This document shows positions 48,301 through 61,084 of a DNA stretch of 64,000 nt, piece after piece; position 1 is the first letter of the stretch, and every line of letters begins with the position of its first letter. The DNA comes from Tubiluchus corallicola. Taxonomy: Eukaryota > Animalia > Priapulida. The stretch is from contig JAQGDQ010000043.1 of NCBI GenBank assembly GCA_030141605.1, positions 744,001 to 808,000 on the forward strand, in the 5' to 3' direction. The translations under genes and the position numbers were made by a program. A model generated the notes under the pieces. That model saw only the letters and a program-made list of their open reading frames with translations. It did no database searches and was not told the DNA's origin.

Positions 48301-49043
48301 GCCAGACCAATAAAAAAGGTAGCGGAAGCTAAAGCTCGGAAAAAACGGAAAGCAGCTAAGCGCCTGGAACGTGCTAGAAAAAAAGCTGAGGCAATAACTG
48401 AAAATTTGGATATGACAGATCGGGAGAAAATAGCTCACATTAGGCAGTAAGTGACTTCATACAATGGTTTACCCCTCTGAAATATATCTAAAATTCTAGT
48501 TATTTGCTACAGGTAATTTATGATTTTAGGTATGGGGTGGGGTAGTCCTTGGGATAACCTTTTACACGATTAGTTGCTAAAGTTGATTGGTACGAATCTG
48601 CCTCACACCAACTCATTGAATGAACGATTCCAACCAAGGACTCAAGTAAATCTTGTTATGAGATGGCATTTAACCAGAACTTTATCATGTATATAAACAT
48701 ACTACATAAACAAATTTTAAATCTAAAACATGATTTGGTACTGCTAGAATGATATTGGAATTAAATATTGCACGTTTCAAGTTTTACTTTTCTCAGTTCA
48801 CATAGTACACATTAATAAAAAACATCTGTTGATTGCAGACTCTACAAGAAAGCTGGAATCGGCAAGAAACGGAGAGAGGTCACCTATGTTATGGCCAAGA
48901 AAGGCATGGGAAAGCGTGTCAAGAAGCCAAAGAGTGTGTCTGGTCCATTTAAAGTGGTAGATCGACGCATGAAAAAGGACAAATTAAAAGCAAAGGCTAA
49001 CGAAAAAACTGCCAGAAAGAAAGCTAAAAGTAAAAGCAAATGA
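39376..49043 (+). CDS. FTSJ3: pre-rRNA 2'-O-ribose methyltransferase FTSJ3/SPB1 (~848 aa)
   Basis: Exons 39376-39442, 39601-39753, 40839-41018, 41578-41830, 42304-42484, 42605-42777, 43040-43280, 43867-44075, 44731-44921, 45416-45733, 46666-46768, 46973-47057, 48259-48446, 48839-49043 (2547 nt, GT-AG, phases consistent). Motifs [97 protein letters not shown] at 49107. Confidence 0.96.
43330..43710. mobile_element. Non-autonomous Helentron/DINE-like repeat with two ~155-bp internal subunits in FTSJ3 intron 7
   Basis: Begins with atcctttcgtccatctgt. ttgacccaag...catattgat...gggtccctaaatcaaaggtcagggtc recurs as ttgacccaag...catactgat...gggatcctagagttacaggtcagggtt. ttcgtccatc / gatggacgaa form an inverted pair near the ends. 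Confidence 0.55.
44590..44661. mobile_element. End fragment of a Tc1/pogo (Tigger-like) MITE
   Basis: gtataactcgaaca...tgttcgagttatac internal inverted repeat and terminal gtttactg|ta. Confidence 0.55.
47073..47411. mobile_element. Foldback/MITE of ~340 bp with ~110-bp inverted repeats, 15 nt downstream of the FTSJ3 exon 12 donor
   Basis: tgtaatgg...tatgtaacagatata...tgtacaggtatatagcataaaacatgaattttacagtaacag...tgttaatgaaca pairs with tgttcattaaca...ctgttactgtaaaattcgtgttttatgctatatacttgtaca...tatatctgttacata...ccattaca. Confidence 0.8.
47453..47652 (+). ncRNA. Candidate intronic box H/ACA snoRNA/scaRNA (~200 nt) in FTSJ3 intron 12
   Basis: Hairpin 1 (gcactgca/tgcagtgt, agctggc/gtcagct, ggcct/aggcc), H box ACACTA at 47571-47576, hairpin 2 (gcacggtgt/ataccgtgc), ACA at 47647-47649 three nt after the stem. 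Host is a ribosome-biogenesis gene. Target not identified. Confidence 0.45.
47648..47935. mobile_element. Tigger/pogo-like MITE with a degenerate left end
   Basis: Right end ggtcgtaagtcgacgattacctg|ta; left end ta|cagacttatgacccatgcgacttatgac. Confidence 0.5.
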
Positions 49044-50638
49044 ACAAATATTAAAAAAATACTTATATAGTATGTGTGCATGCGGTTCATTGTATATAAG
49101 CAAACAAATAAAATGTGCTTCTAAATATACCAGGTATGCAGTTTCATATTTTATTATCTGTAAGTGCTTATTATATCATTTTGTTTTAAATGTTAACATG
49201 AAAGTTGCCATTGTCACTCATTAACAGCTATTTTAGTCTGTCCGCAAAATCATGTAAATGTGTTAAAAAGCAAGCTCTTCAAAGCAATGCAATAAATATC
49301 CCACGGTGCGAAAGCCTACCATAGGCATGCCGTCATGGTTGAATTGGCAAAGCAAATTGTCCATGCGAACAAGAATACAGTACATGCAACTACTAGACAT
49401 CCCATTCTGGTATGTAAAAGACAAGTAATTGACCTTGTGTCATGTAATACTGCACATTACGCAGCACACATGCTATACTAAAGTCAATTTGAATTTCTTT
49501 TATATCAAAAATATGCATAAAGCTTTTCACTTGCATGGAAAAAAGAAAAATGAATTACTTATTTCTCGATTTCCAACATGGGACTGATCTCAAAGATTGT
49601 ATAAGTATGGTAACTTTGAAAGTTATAGCTAAGTAATGTTTATATTAGTAAAAATAATCACATGTTGTTTTTGAAAATTATAACAATGTATAAACAATAT
49701 CTATAGATCAGCATTTTATTATTCTCTTTGTCAAGGATAAATATAAACTTCTTTGATGTTGTGTACATTTTCGTGAACAACAAAACCTAAATAAAGTACA
49801 GGGTGATACATAATCGTTTCCTTAGGGGACAAAAATAACTAGCAACTGTACAGAACAATTTGTTGAATCAATGTAATGTTGAAGCAATAGCAAATCTGTC
49901 ATGCACACAAAATTTAGTGTGAAAGCCTCGTGTAAATTGTACAGCCTGCAGACTTGAGAATATGATTGGAGGAGCGACTCGAAAATTTTAGGATTAATTT
50001 TTTTCGGTCGAACTGAATAACTTGGAAATTCACCCTCAATGCCACCAATTGCACTAGAACTGTTCTGAAAGAGGGTCAACATGCTAAGTTGATAAAAAAA
50101 TCATGCCTTTGACAGCTGTTCAACAGACAAACTACTTGTAAAATTTCTGCAAAATGTGTTGGGGGGATATTGAATTCTTCAAGTCACTGCTCTGACTTGA
50201 CGATATTTGACAAATTAACTGACTGGACTTGACAAATATGAAAATCTCTGTTAATTTGTGTCTCTGATCACGTGAACAGTTTGCATTTGCAACCACTCAT
50301 CGTACATTAAAATTGAAAAACGAGTTGCATCGGTATTAAAAAGACTTTAACTGTTACAGAACATAGTGATTATAACGAAACTATCATACGTTTAGTTTTC
50401 CAAGTATATATTCGAAGTAAAAAGATTGTTGATATTTGGCGAATCTGGCATTACAACAAGGTTTGAGTGTATTTTATTTTGGACTGTAGCTTATAGAGTA
50501 TATTGGGCCATAGACCAAGCTTTTGGTAACTAAAACAACTACGTCTATTGCACACGCCCACCCTTTGAATGTATTGCCTGACTGACACGCACTTCTACAG
50601 GACTTTTAATGACATCTAAAATACATGTATTTATATAA

Positions 50639-51490
50639 TCACTTTTTATTTTTCTTTAAACTTGTTAGGTAATCATTTAGTATTTTTTGAAAAGAGTCTC
50701 CTGTTATGATTTCTATTACTGTGTCTAGTTCTTGTTTGCGAATCTTATGAAAACTTTGCACCAACGGAGAACGATAACCTAGTTTTGTTGCAGATACTGC
50801 TGTTGTACAGGGGGCGAGAAATTTAGTGGCTTCATTTACTGTCTCAGGCAAAAGCTTGTCGACATCTTCAACAAGTTTATCTACAATCCCAGCAGCAAGC
50901 GCTTCTTCCGGAATAAATGCGTCACCACGACAACCGTACAGTTCTGCATAGCGGTGCGTAATCACTTGCTGGTAATTCCACTTTAACCAGAATGGCAGCG
51001 GAAGTCCAAGCACAACTTCATTCAAGCCAATCTTAAACTTGCCTTTTGTCATTACACGGAAGTCTGTTGCCAGCGCAAGCATACAACCTCCCGCAAGTGC
51101 ATGACCTGTGATTGCAGCTAATGTAACCAGTCTGCTGTTGTATAACTGTAACCAGCAGTCCTGCAATGCTGTCCACTTTTCTCTGAGCTTAGATTCCTCT
51201 GGCTGATATAATCCTGACAAATCTAATCCTGCTGAAAACACTTTGTTAGATGCAGATGTCAGAATGAGGCACCTGCAGTCTTGATTTGCTTCTAAGGCAG
51301 CTATTGTGGAAGCTATTTCTTTCATAAATGCAGTGTCCATGCTGTTCACAGGTAGTTTATTCATGGTTACTGTAGCAATACCACTTTTCTCGTCTTCTTG
51401 TACATTCAGGTGGCTTATATATCTTCTTGGTAATTGTTGACGAAGCAAAGAAAGCTTCCTGGACAATCGAGGTATTATCATGTTCATCAT
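50639..51490 (-). CDS. ECI1: Mitochondrial enoyl-CoA delta isomerase (crotonase fold), CDS in a single exon, 283 aa
   Basis: Uninterrupted ORF with an Arg/Leu-rich presequence-like N-terminus; motifs MNKLPVNSM, FSAGLDL, AAITGHALAGGCMLALATDFRVM, IGLNE (catalytic Glu of ECI1), PEEALAAGIVDKLV. Confidence 0.9.
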   Translation of the reverse strand: MMNMIIPRLSRKLSLLRQQLPRRYISHLNVQEDEKSGIATVTMNKLPVNSMDTAFMKEIASTIAALEANQDCRCLILTSASNKVFSAGLDLSGLYQPEESKLREKWTALQDCWLQLYNSRLVTLAAITGHALAGGCMLALATDFRVMTKGKFKIGLNEVVLGLPLPFWLKWNYQQVITHRYAELYGCRGDAFIPEEALAAGIVDKLVEDVDKLLPETVNEATKFLAPCTTAVSATKLGYRSPLVQSFHKIRKQELDTVIEIITGDSFQKILNDYLTSLKKNKK

Positions 51491-51945
51491 TTATTTTTCA
51501 ATGTACTTACCCTTCACAAAAGAAAAAACATGATGATTAAGAATTCCACAAAGGATCTGCAAACACTGGGAGAGAATGACATTCTAGTAAGCAAAATAAA
51601 CATTAATTCTATGTGTTATACTCTTCTTATAGACAGATGATAGTTGAGGAAAAGATGGCCGTGAAAACATAGCACCACTGCAAAGAGCATTTATCACTGT
51701 GTGCTTACCAGTCATTCTTGTAAGCTACAAAATGGGCAGACAAAACATTTGTGGATGGCTGAACGTCTGTGTATAGTACTTTTGTCCAAAATTTAAGTGC
51801 GTGTATATATAGCCACGATACTGGTTACAAGGTTCACACGAATAATATGGGTCTTGAGCTTTTTTTGACACAGATAAATTCTTTATAAGCATGTAAGCAA
51901 GTAACTAAGCTGACGTTTGATTTTGGTCATAATATAAACAATGTA

Positions 51946-52121
51946 CAGTCAGACCTCGTTATAAGGCCCCCTTCATAATGGAAACTTCGCATAACATGCA
52001 AATTTTTAGCAAAGCAAAGTACATGTATCTATACTTAAATAGGACTGTCGGTATTAATGCACTTTATTATAATGCCAACTTTTCTGCTATCCCAACGCAG
52101 ACGGTATAAAGAGGTTTGCTG
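51946..52121. mobile_element. Tigger/pogo-like MITE (~176 bp) with TA duplication
   Basis: ta|cagtcagacctcgttata ... tataaagaggtttgctg|ta. Confidence 0.65.
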
Positions 52122-52204
52122 TACAGGTATATGATTTAGGGCAGGTCATATAAAAATGCTGACATTGTTATGACTTAAATACCACATCTAAGCAAATACG
52201 TTTT

Positions 52205-52600
52205 GGGACATTCCAGGTGAAATCACCAATGCAAAACACCCTTATGTCACAGATTTTAATGCAATTTGGTGTGTTGGTTTGGGTCAGCAAAACTGGGTCA
52301 ACGGATCAATTGTTATGGTCCTTTGAAAATGGCCGAAAGGGCTAAAAAAATCAGCGTGACTTGGAATTTTTAAACGATCATAACTCAAAAAGTCAAAATC
52401 CAATTTTGATGGGAGTGGTATCATTTTAAAGGTAATTCAATAAGCTTTCAGAATCTGCAATAAAACATCAGGTAGCTGGTGTCTGAATTTACATTAACTT
52501 TTGACCTTTACTTTGACCTTGTGGGAGAGCATATTTTGGACCGAATCTGACATTTTTGAATTCCTTGGTATCTGAACCATCTACTCTGTAAAAAGCTTTT
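52205..52600. mobile_element. Remnant of a non-autonomous DNA element
   Basis: Motifs gatcataactc...ccaattttgatg...atcattttaaaggtaattc...gctttcagaatctg and ttgacct repeats are typical of invertebrate interspersed repeats; boundaries uncertain. Confidence 0.4.
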
Positions 52601-54159
52601 TTTGCTTTGAACAATTTTTATAGGCATTTGAATTACAAAACTAATTCGTGGTGAATGTATATATCATAAAGTATGTATGTGTACCATATGTTTCATATAT
52701 GAATCCATTGAATATTTGGTGTTTAGGAGTCAGTCATCTTTAAATTTTACAAGCTTATTGCATATGTATTTTGCATAATGTGTGAGTTTATTTTAGTGAA
52801 ATGTGGATAAGTGCAGTTTTTAGTCAAAAGAAAGTTCATGTCATCACCTAATGTACACCAGGGAGACATCTTTGAGGAATCTAGAGACTTTTGAGACATT
52901 TAAGTTCAAGAACTGATGTCCCTTTACCAATGATCACAACTCTGTGTGAGCATCATGAACAACTCTTTTTGATTAATTCTCAGCTGCAAGGAAATGCTGT
53001 TATCCATTTTCTCTTCACAAGAGTATTATCCACAAATCCTTGAAAGGCATTACAGAAGATCTTTTCAGACAATTTAAAAATCCACCAAAATCTGTTGTAA
53101 TTGGTAAAGAAGTGTGTCTAAGTTGTGGCATGTAACTCAAACAAAATGTTGATCATGAATTAGACAGTGATGCAGAGGATTACACAGAAGTTTTATCATC
53201 AGAAGTTTTATCATATCAAGAGATGTATCTTTGATGAGCTATAATTGTTGACTCTGGATAAAACACCAACAAAAACAGGTTAGTTATTATTATCCTATGA
53301 AGATGTGGTGGTTTTCCCAAATAGTAAACTTCATCATGCACACTCATGCAAACAATTTTGCAAGTAGAAAAGACAGGGTTGGCATTACAAGGGGACTGAG
53401 CGGATTCTCTCATACTTTATCAAGATCCCCCTCAAGTGAAAATTCAGGACTGGTAAAAGTTCACAAAATCAAAATTAAGGAAGACAATTTTAAACAGTGC
53501 ATTTCATTCCAAAGAAAAGTAAGATTGTTCCTCGGTTATCACAGAACTAAAATTCAGATGGTCAGAGAACTGATATGCCATGTTCTAGTTATGATAAGAT
53601 TACATAAATAAATTTATAAAGTTCTTCTATTAAAAAATTTAAAGAAATGTTTAAACACCAAATCTCCAACTCATATAGTACTTTTCCTTTGTTTTAACCC
53701 AGGGAATATAATCATTATTTATTAATTTCAGTTTTAGATTCATACACCATCAGCAGTCACAGCATGATGCAAACCAGCTTGTATTAGTATAAAAATTCAT
53801 GATTACACATGGTTGCACGTTGGTGCTATCATAACAACCATAATTCTTACATCTGCAGTTTTTTCTCATTTTAGCCATAACATTTTTTCACTTATTCCTT
53901 TTCTACATACTTTTGTATATTCAGTCGTTCTTATAAGCTATTACAAGCTTCTTGAATTGCTGCAATAGTATAATCATAAATAAATACCAATTGTTATCAC
54001 TAACTAGAATTATGCAATAATGTATATGTATCATTGTATGTTACTATGATATACTATTGATGTGAAATAAATAAATTGAACTATTCGTTTCCATTACAAA
54101 AAGAGTTAGCTAACCGTAAAAATGTGAAATCATATTGTGAAAACACGTTAACACCTCAC

Positions 54160-54614
54160 CTCAAGTCAGTTGAAGACAAACACAATAATAGTTTACGTTC
54201 ACTCAGGCTGTACGTTACAGTGTACTATAGTAGCCTAAATAAACTCACGTAAGGTTAATGGTTACTCTCTAATACCGCCCAATCATCATGGGATATGTCT
54301 ATGCTGCGACTCTGCGCCACGTGTGTATTTCTGAAGCAGAAGCTACATATACTGTATGTACAGCACACAGATGTGGTGTACGCTCTTTAACTCACACTGT
54401 GCTCATTAGGTGGCAGCAACACTTTTCTGTTAGGTCGGTCCGACCTATGAATTGCCTCGAATTTCCAGTGTTCTGATTGACTCGCTTTATTCTTTTTTAT
54501 ACGGTGAAACCGTGCACCTTATTTCTTTTTGTTCAGGTGGTTGCGATTCCCTCATCGAGCGTTTGTTGGGTGATTGCTTTTTTTGCGTTCTTGTATCGGC
54601 TGTAGATCAGAACA
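54160..54614. promoter_or_regulatory. Probable bidirectional promoter of ECI1 (minus-strand 5' UTR exon ending at 54160) and the TMEM53-like gene
   Basis: Minus-strand donor GAG|GTGAGG at 54160/54159; CCAAT at ~54279, CACGTG at ~54318, TAGGTGGCAG at ~54407 and palindrome taggtcgg-t-ccgaccta at 54431-54447; locally CpG-rich. Confidence 0.55.
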
Positions 54615-57600
54615 ATGTTGGTGAAAGTTACGGTTTCGCTATTCAGGATGCTGAGTAATAGAAAACGCCAAATCACAAAGGTAATTCATTGACACTGAGT
54701 ATGTGAGTTTAGTTTAATAAGACATAACGCTTAATTATTAAACGAAAAACTATCACTTTATTTTTACTCTAACCGTTATTTTAACGGACACATGTCATCC
54801 CCATTCATGAATAATGGGTGACATAATACTGAAATCGGCAAACATCAATCAATCTGCTGGGATTTACAATTGGTGAAACATTGTGCTTGGGTAATACTAA
54901 TAGTGGTGCAGACGGAAAGGTTAGAAAGAGTCAGATTTCTAAGTTTCTCCAAGCCAAAAATCTTTAACAAACGTGCCGTTTGATCAAATCTCTGACGGCT
55001 TAAGGAGTTGAACCCTTTCAATTTTCTAAAAACCCTGTCTGTCCCAAGGTAATTACTTTTCTATTTTTTTATTTTAAGTTTTTATGCAATCAGAAGAGAT
55101 TATCAAATACTACATTACTGCATAAAATAGTAATAATGTCCATTAAGATTGGACATCCAATATATGGCAAAACTCTTAATTGTTATTCACAAAGTTTCTT
55201 AAGGGCAACTTATGTAAAACCCATGTTGCTCATCTCAATCTTTTACGCTGATCATGTATAAATTTTATACCAAGGCAATCTGAAGTAATTTTATTGAAGT
55301 ATAATTAAAAAACCTATAATTTCACATATAAGTTGTACAGGGATTGACATTTTTTCATTTATCAAGCAAGTGTTAGTGAAACTGGGCTGTATAGGTGAGA
55401 CTTAGCACATTCTGCTGATCTGTGTATTATGCATTCTGCCAGTCTCGAAAATTTGTATAATCTGCACAGTGAACATATTAAAAGTTTGCGAACAAGTGTA
55501 AAACCTGGTTAATTAAAAAATATTCTTTACTGTTTGTATTTGATTGGGCTGTCAATAGTTGCAATTTTGTTTGTTAACTTTGTAAGTGCTGGATTTTTCA
55601 GGCATTTGTGCCTTTAATGATGGTACAAAACATGTCAACACAAACGAGCAACATCACCAATCAGATCATCAATCGGAATCTCGAGTTACGAACATTTGCT
55701 AGTGCGACAGAAGAGCAAGAAGATCGTCCTCTCGTACTTCTACTCGGGTGGCTGCTGGCGAAAAAACGACACCTGTATAAGTACGGTGATGTGTATTTAA
55801 GTCGGGGTTGTGATGTCTTGAATGTTCGCATTTATCCTGATCAAGGTTTAGTGCCAACGAGAGCACAGAAGGTCATGGCAGAAGTTCTGGACTATGTGTC
55901 AAGTTACAAAATTGACATGACCCCGCCTCCATTACTAGTTCACGCTTTTTCCATTGGAGCGTATCTCTTTGGTGAGTGTCTGGTTCAAGCTGAGAAATAT
56001 CCAGAAAAGTACCAACCCATCATTAATCGATTTGTTGGACAAATCTATGATAGTGGAGTAGATTTTGAAGGAGTTCCATATGGCTTTGCTCAAGCTCTAA
56101 CACATAATAAAGTTTTGCAGAAGATGATCCAGAAAAGTATTGAAACTTATTTGGCAACTACCTACAACAGCATTACAAGGTGTGATTCTTTTTGTGATTT
56201 TCCTTTTCCAATAATACACATAGTCTTTTACCTTCTATAATATTTATGCCAGTATGTTGAACGCATACAGTGGCTTGTTCAAAAAAGTTTTTTATAGGAA
56301 GCTTCTAAGGTGCAGTTATAACAGGGTGTTGTTACAAAGCTGTGTTTTGCTCCCTAATATAAAGTCTAAACCCCATCTCATTAAATATTAATTTTGTTTT
56401 CACCATGTATAAGAAATACCCGCTGTTTCTTATGTTATTCCTAATCGTAAAATCTGCAGGCAATCTTATAGCAAATGTAAGGTAAATTTCATGCCATAGA
56501 TTGTTCTAGTATGTAACTTACTGTTTTCTTTTTAAAATGAATCCTTGCATTTACAGACATTACATCAAATCTGCAAAAACATTCCATGACCATCCAAGTC
56601 ATGCTCCCGCATTGTTGTTGTATTCTCGGAGTGACCCTGTGGGGACAGCATTTGGCAACGAAAGGGTGAGTTATGGCACAGTTTCACTCATTTTTATAAA
56701 CATATTAGCAAGCAGTAGATCATTAAAAAATGTATTTGTTGATGTCAGTTAAAAAATGAGCATAGTTGTTGGTCTAATAAAGTATTTCTTACCCTAGTTT
56801 TTTATTTGGTGCTGTTCTTACAAGATACTGTATGAGAGTTTGCAAGGGGAGAGAATAAAATGAGTAAAACTTTGCAGGGTCTCACCTAGTAAACTCTGTT
56901 ACTGTCAATCCCAGCTGTCAATGCATTTTCTGCATTTTAGAGAACTTTTTGGAAGCCAAATGCAAACTAAATTTTGAGAATTGATGTATTTATTTTGCTT
57001 TATTTTTTTTTATTTTACGATTATTTCATAAAAAGTACCATACAATAATAAACAAATCTTAATTAAAGATCACAATTAAAACTATTACTACAAGTCAAAT
57101 AAAATAAATACTTACACAAGAACAGAGAATTAGTAAGCTAAATATGTAGAAAAGGGCTAGTAATTGAATATTCCCAATGAGCAAAAATATTCAAAATGAC
57201 ATCAATATTAAGAATAGAACTGCGAAATATAATTTTTAATGTGATAATTTGAGCAAAATTAACCTGTATACAAAAAAATTATTGTTAGAATTTCAGTTTA
57301 CTCTTTCTGATATTTTGGTCTATGTGTGTTATGTGGTTTTTTAACTACCTTTAAATGCAAGTATCTGCACACTCACAGTTATAGGTCAAAAACTTTCTAA
57401 GATTTATGATCGGAGAAGCCCTAATGTTGAAATAACAAGTGTTCTGCTCTGGATATAATTGGGCTTTAATAAATGTTTAACAAATGAAAAAATATGAGCA
57501 TGATCCTGGCTAAAATGCATAGCGCAGTGCAAGAGACTTGTTATACAAATAGCATATAACTACACTGTAATGAGAATATATCTCTGGTAACAGTCTATTA

Positions 57601-58323
57601 TGGTAGAGATAGAGACAGAGCAAACTAGCTGTATCTTAACTTGATACCTCTTAACATATATATTAAACATTCTTTAGCCAATGAAGCCTTTCCACTCTAA
57701 TTAAACAACATTATAGTTTTAATCAGCTCTTGCAAATCAGTTCTGCTTGTAGTAGTTTTGCTCCATTGTGTTTTTGCAACTTTATCCGCTGTCCATTGGA
57801 TTTGTTAGTTTTCTGGAGAGCTGTGAACTTCACAGCTACATACTGGCATGCAGTGCTCAACATACTTTGACAACATGTTTCATTACCCCACTTTGGGTCC
57901 CTTTTTTTCATTGAGCCATCAGGGTAATGACTCCAAGTAGTAATCTGTTTTGCTCACAGACGCCACCTGTGTTGAGTTAATTCGCATTTTTTGATAACCA
58001 GTGTTTAACCTAAGTAAAATGGCTAACCAGTCTGTGAGATGGTAGTCTCTATTGCAGAAGTTTTTACCAATTAGGTTTTATTTGATCATGTTACTAATTT
58101 TGCTTGTAATCTTTTATTATAGGTTATGAGAAGTTGGGACAAATTAGGCATTGAATATTACTACAAAGCTTGGGACAAGTCGCCGCATGTTGGTCACATG
58201 CATCACCACCAGGAGGAATATTTAGCCGTACTGTCTGCCTTCCTGGACAGAGTCGGATTGCCGGCCGAAAGCAAAAGCCACAAAACAGAAAAAAAAGAAG
58301 CCGTGGCTACTCGTAGTGTTTAA
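54615..58323 (+). CDS. TMEM53/DUF829-family alpha/beta-hydrolase-fold protein (~317 aa) with a mitochondrial-presequence-like N-terminus
   Basis: Exons 54615-54680, 55602-56179, 56557-56665, 58123-58323 (954 nt, GT-AG, phases 0/2/0). Motifs PLVLLLGWLLAKKRHLYKY, HAFSIGA, IYDS, LLLYSRSDPV, SPHVGH. Confidence 0.88.
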
Positions 58324-59835
58324 GATGATACTGCCGAAATTAAAATTACAACACTTCAGTTGATTACGAGTTCTCCAGAGTACATGCCTTTTAAATAGCA
58401 GCCTATATTAGTGATTCGGAAATATGATGGTGCACCCATATTCACAAAGAATGTGTACCAAATGTAGATATGAATGCTTAAATTTGCTCATTTAGAATAA
58501 CATTCACCAAGGTGTTTGGTCGCTTATGGATTGGGGAAAACGGGCATGTCATACCTAGTCTATGGTTTAACAGTGGAAGTTAAAATTACAAATGTACAAT
58601 GGACATATTTTTGTACTTTGCCCAAGCAGGTTGAAAGACATGTGACATACAAACGTTGGGTATTTTGAAATCAAAAGTTTTAATGGAAGGAATTTACAAT
58701 TCTCCACACAATTTAAATTCTCTAGATCCCTAATCCTAAGGCTTTATGAACTAATTTCTTGTCTGTGCAGAATTGTAAACTTTAGCCATTTTAATGTTCT
58801 AAAAATTTATTACAAATTGTTTTGGCCGTTTTAAATGCTACAAAATTTAGTTGCTACATTAATTGTTGAACATTTAGGTTTGAGTGAAGTCAATATTGTG
58901 CAGTCCACTATGTAGAGCTGTGTCAGAGCGTTCATTACACGTTTGCACAGCTGATCTAAAAGTTTTTTGTTGATTACAGTAATTGTAAAATTGCTGTATT
59001 TGAAGAATCATTCTTAGTAAATTCTGTATTGAATGGGCAATACAAGTATTATTATTTAGTTTGACATCTTATACCGTATTCATAACTGCATACATGGTAC
59101 ATTTATTGTATAAAATCCTAGATTCAATTTTTACCCATGTTATAATGCAATTATTTTGTTAATAGCATCTTGCAGCACATAGATAAAACAACAGAAATGT
59201 ATCAGCTTTTTACTAACTAATACAACTGTTATTTTATACCATGTAGAGAAAGTGCAAAGTTTACTTTTTAGGACTATGAAAACTACTGCAAACTCTTTGC
59301 TTTTAGGTCGTTGACTTGTACAGCTGTCAGTGCATAATAAGAGTGTAAAACAACAAACACAAAGCAAGACATTATCACTCTTCAAAAAATTTTAAGTGGT
59401 GTGATATACACACGTCTGCTGTATAACCAAACACGTGAATGTAACTCATTATTATGATATTTGATGTAATGCCAAATGCTTTACGCACAATGTTTTAATT
59501 ATTATTTAATGGAATTTTTATTTTGTCTTTTATCAAATGGTTCAGTGAACTGGTGCTGATGTCAAAGTTTATTCTATATGAGAATTGTGTTGGTTACTGA
59601 TGTTGTATGTCTTCATTTAACCTGATTTGTCTAATGTACCATTTCTTTATGCATTATTTGCCTGATGATGCCAGTATTATATGTATTTAATTCATTTTAT
59701 TGTATCACATACATATTTATTATTATTTAGCAAAATTATAGCACCAGTGTGGTTAAAAGTCAAAAAGACACGATCATAATTATGATTTACATAACCCTTT
59801 GACTACTCTGTTCATACTATTGATGGTATTGACTC

Positions 59836-59849
59836 TTTATTGTAATAAA
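59836..59849. terminator. Back-to-back polyadenylation signals TTTATT-gt-AATAAA between convergent genes
   Basis: ctttattgtaataaag lies near the switch from T/G-rich to A/C-rich composition between two convergent stop codons. Confidence 0.45.
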
Positions 59850-60693
59850 GTCATGGTAGCTGGAATACGGTTTTAGTTTTTTCGATTACTGTAAGATTAC
59901 GCCGATAAAAATGGCTAAAATTTGTAATATAATTGCTAGAGATATGAAAATAATTAGTGAAAATTATTAAACACTATAAATAGTAGACAGTTATGAAATG
60001 ATAAAGTTTATTATGATGTTGCAGCATATGTCCTGGAATGTTTCGTCATTAAGAACCAATATACAAATCTGTTACTTCACTAAGAAACTATGAAGACAGC
60101 CTATGAAACTATTACCTATAATTAGTTAATGAACGTACTGTAGAAAATAAAGTGCCCACTTAACAACAACATTTGGCTTCACAGTTAACACAGGTATATT
60201 TCTACATATGCATGATTAATTTATGAATCATATTGAACCATCAAACAATAAATAAAATTTACACCTGCATAACAGTGTGTATAATTAAAATTTGCATAAA
60301 CAAAAATAGATACACGAGAATAATCACAAGTTACAATCCAGGCAGTGCACATGAGTTTTTATGCAAATACTGACTGAAAAACCATTAAATAACAAGGGCT
60401 CACAAGATCTTTGCAGCATGGGCAGGCTTTTTATAAACATGATCACTGTCATCATCATCATCATCAACAAGAGTGATAAAACAGCAGCCTATTTGCATCA
60501 ACACTGCTAATTAAATTTTAATAATTAGCTTACATTTGAAAGCAAAACAACCTGCAAAAAACATTTTGCACATAATCGAGGTTAAACTAACAGCAATATA
60601 ATAAACCATGTTAAAGGTGATTAATAAAATCAGGCATTTAAGCATAAACGAATTTATTTATAAAATGTCCACATAAATTCCAGAATGTTTTAA

Positions 60694-61084
60694 CCCTGTC
60701 TGCGGGCCACTGTCGGCTGTCTTTATAACTGACAGAAATACAAAATGTGATGTATTACAATGATTTTTGTAAACTCGTATTTGCTCAAAATCATAGGTAT
60801 CGCATTACATACTTTTACTAAAAACTCATACAAAATACAAATTAGAATATTTTCTTGTAAACTCAAATCTCAAAAAGCTATCATAGTACCTTGTTACACA
60901 TTTTCACCAAAAACTGACATTTCGTCTTAATTTAGATGAATGAGGTACCATGATAGATTTGTGAGCAAATCTGACTACGATTTGGTTTCTGGTGAAAATG
61001 TGAAACGAGGTACTATGATAATTTATGAGCATCAATGAGTTAACAAAATACTGTATTGTACAGTCGTTTTAAAGACAGCCGACA
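60694..61084. mobile_element. MITE with nested inverted subrepeats; TTAA|CCC left end is piggyBac-like
   Basis: tgtcggctgtcttta (60711) / taaagacagccgaca (ending 61084); internal tatcatagtaccttgttacacattttcacca / tggtgaaaatgtgaaacgaggtactatgata. Confidence 0.7.
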
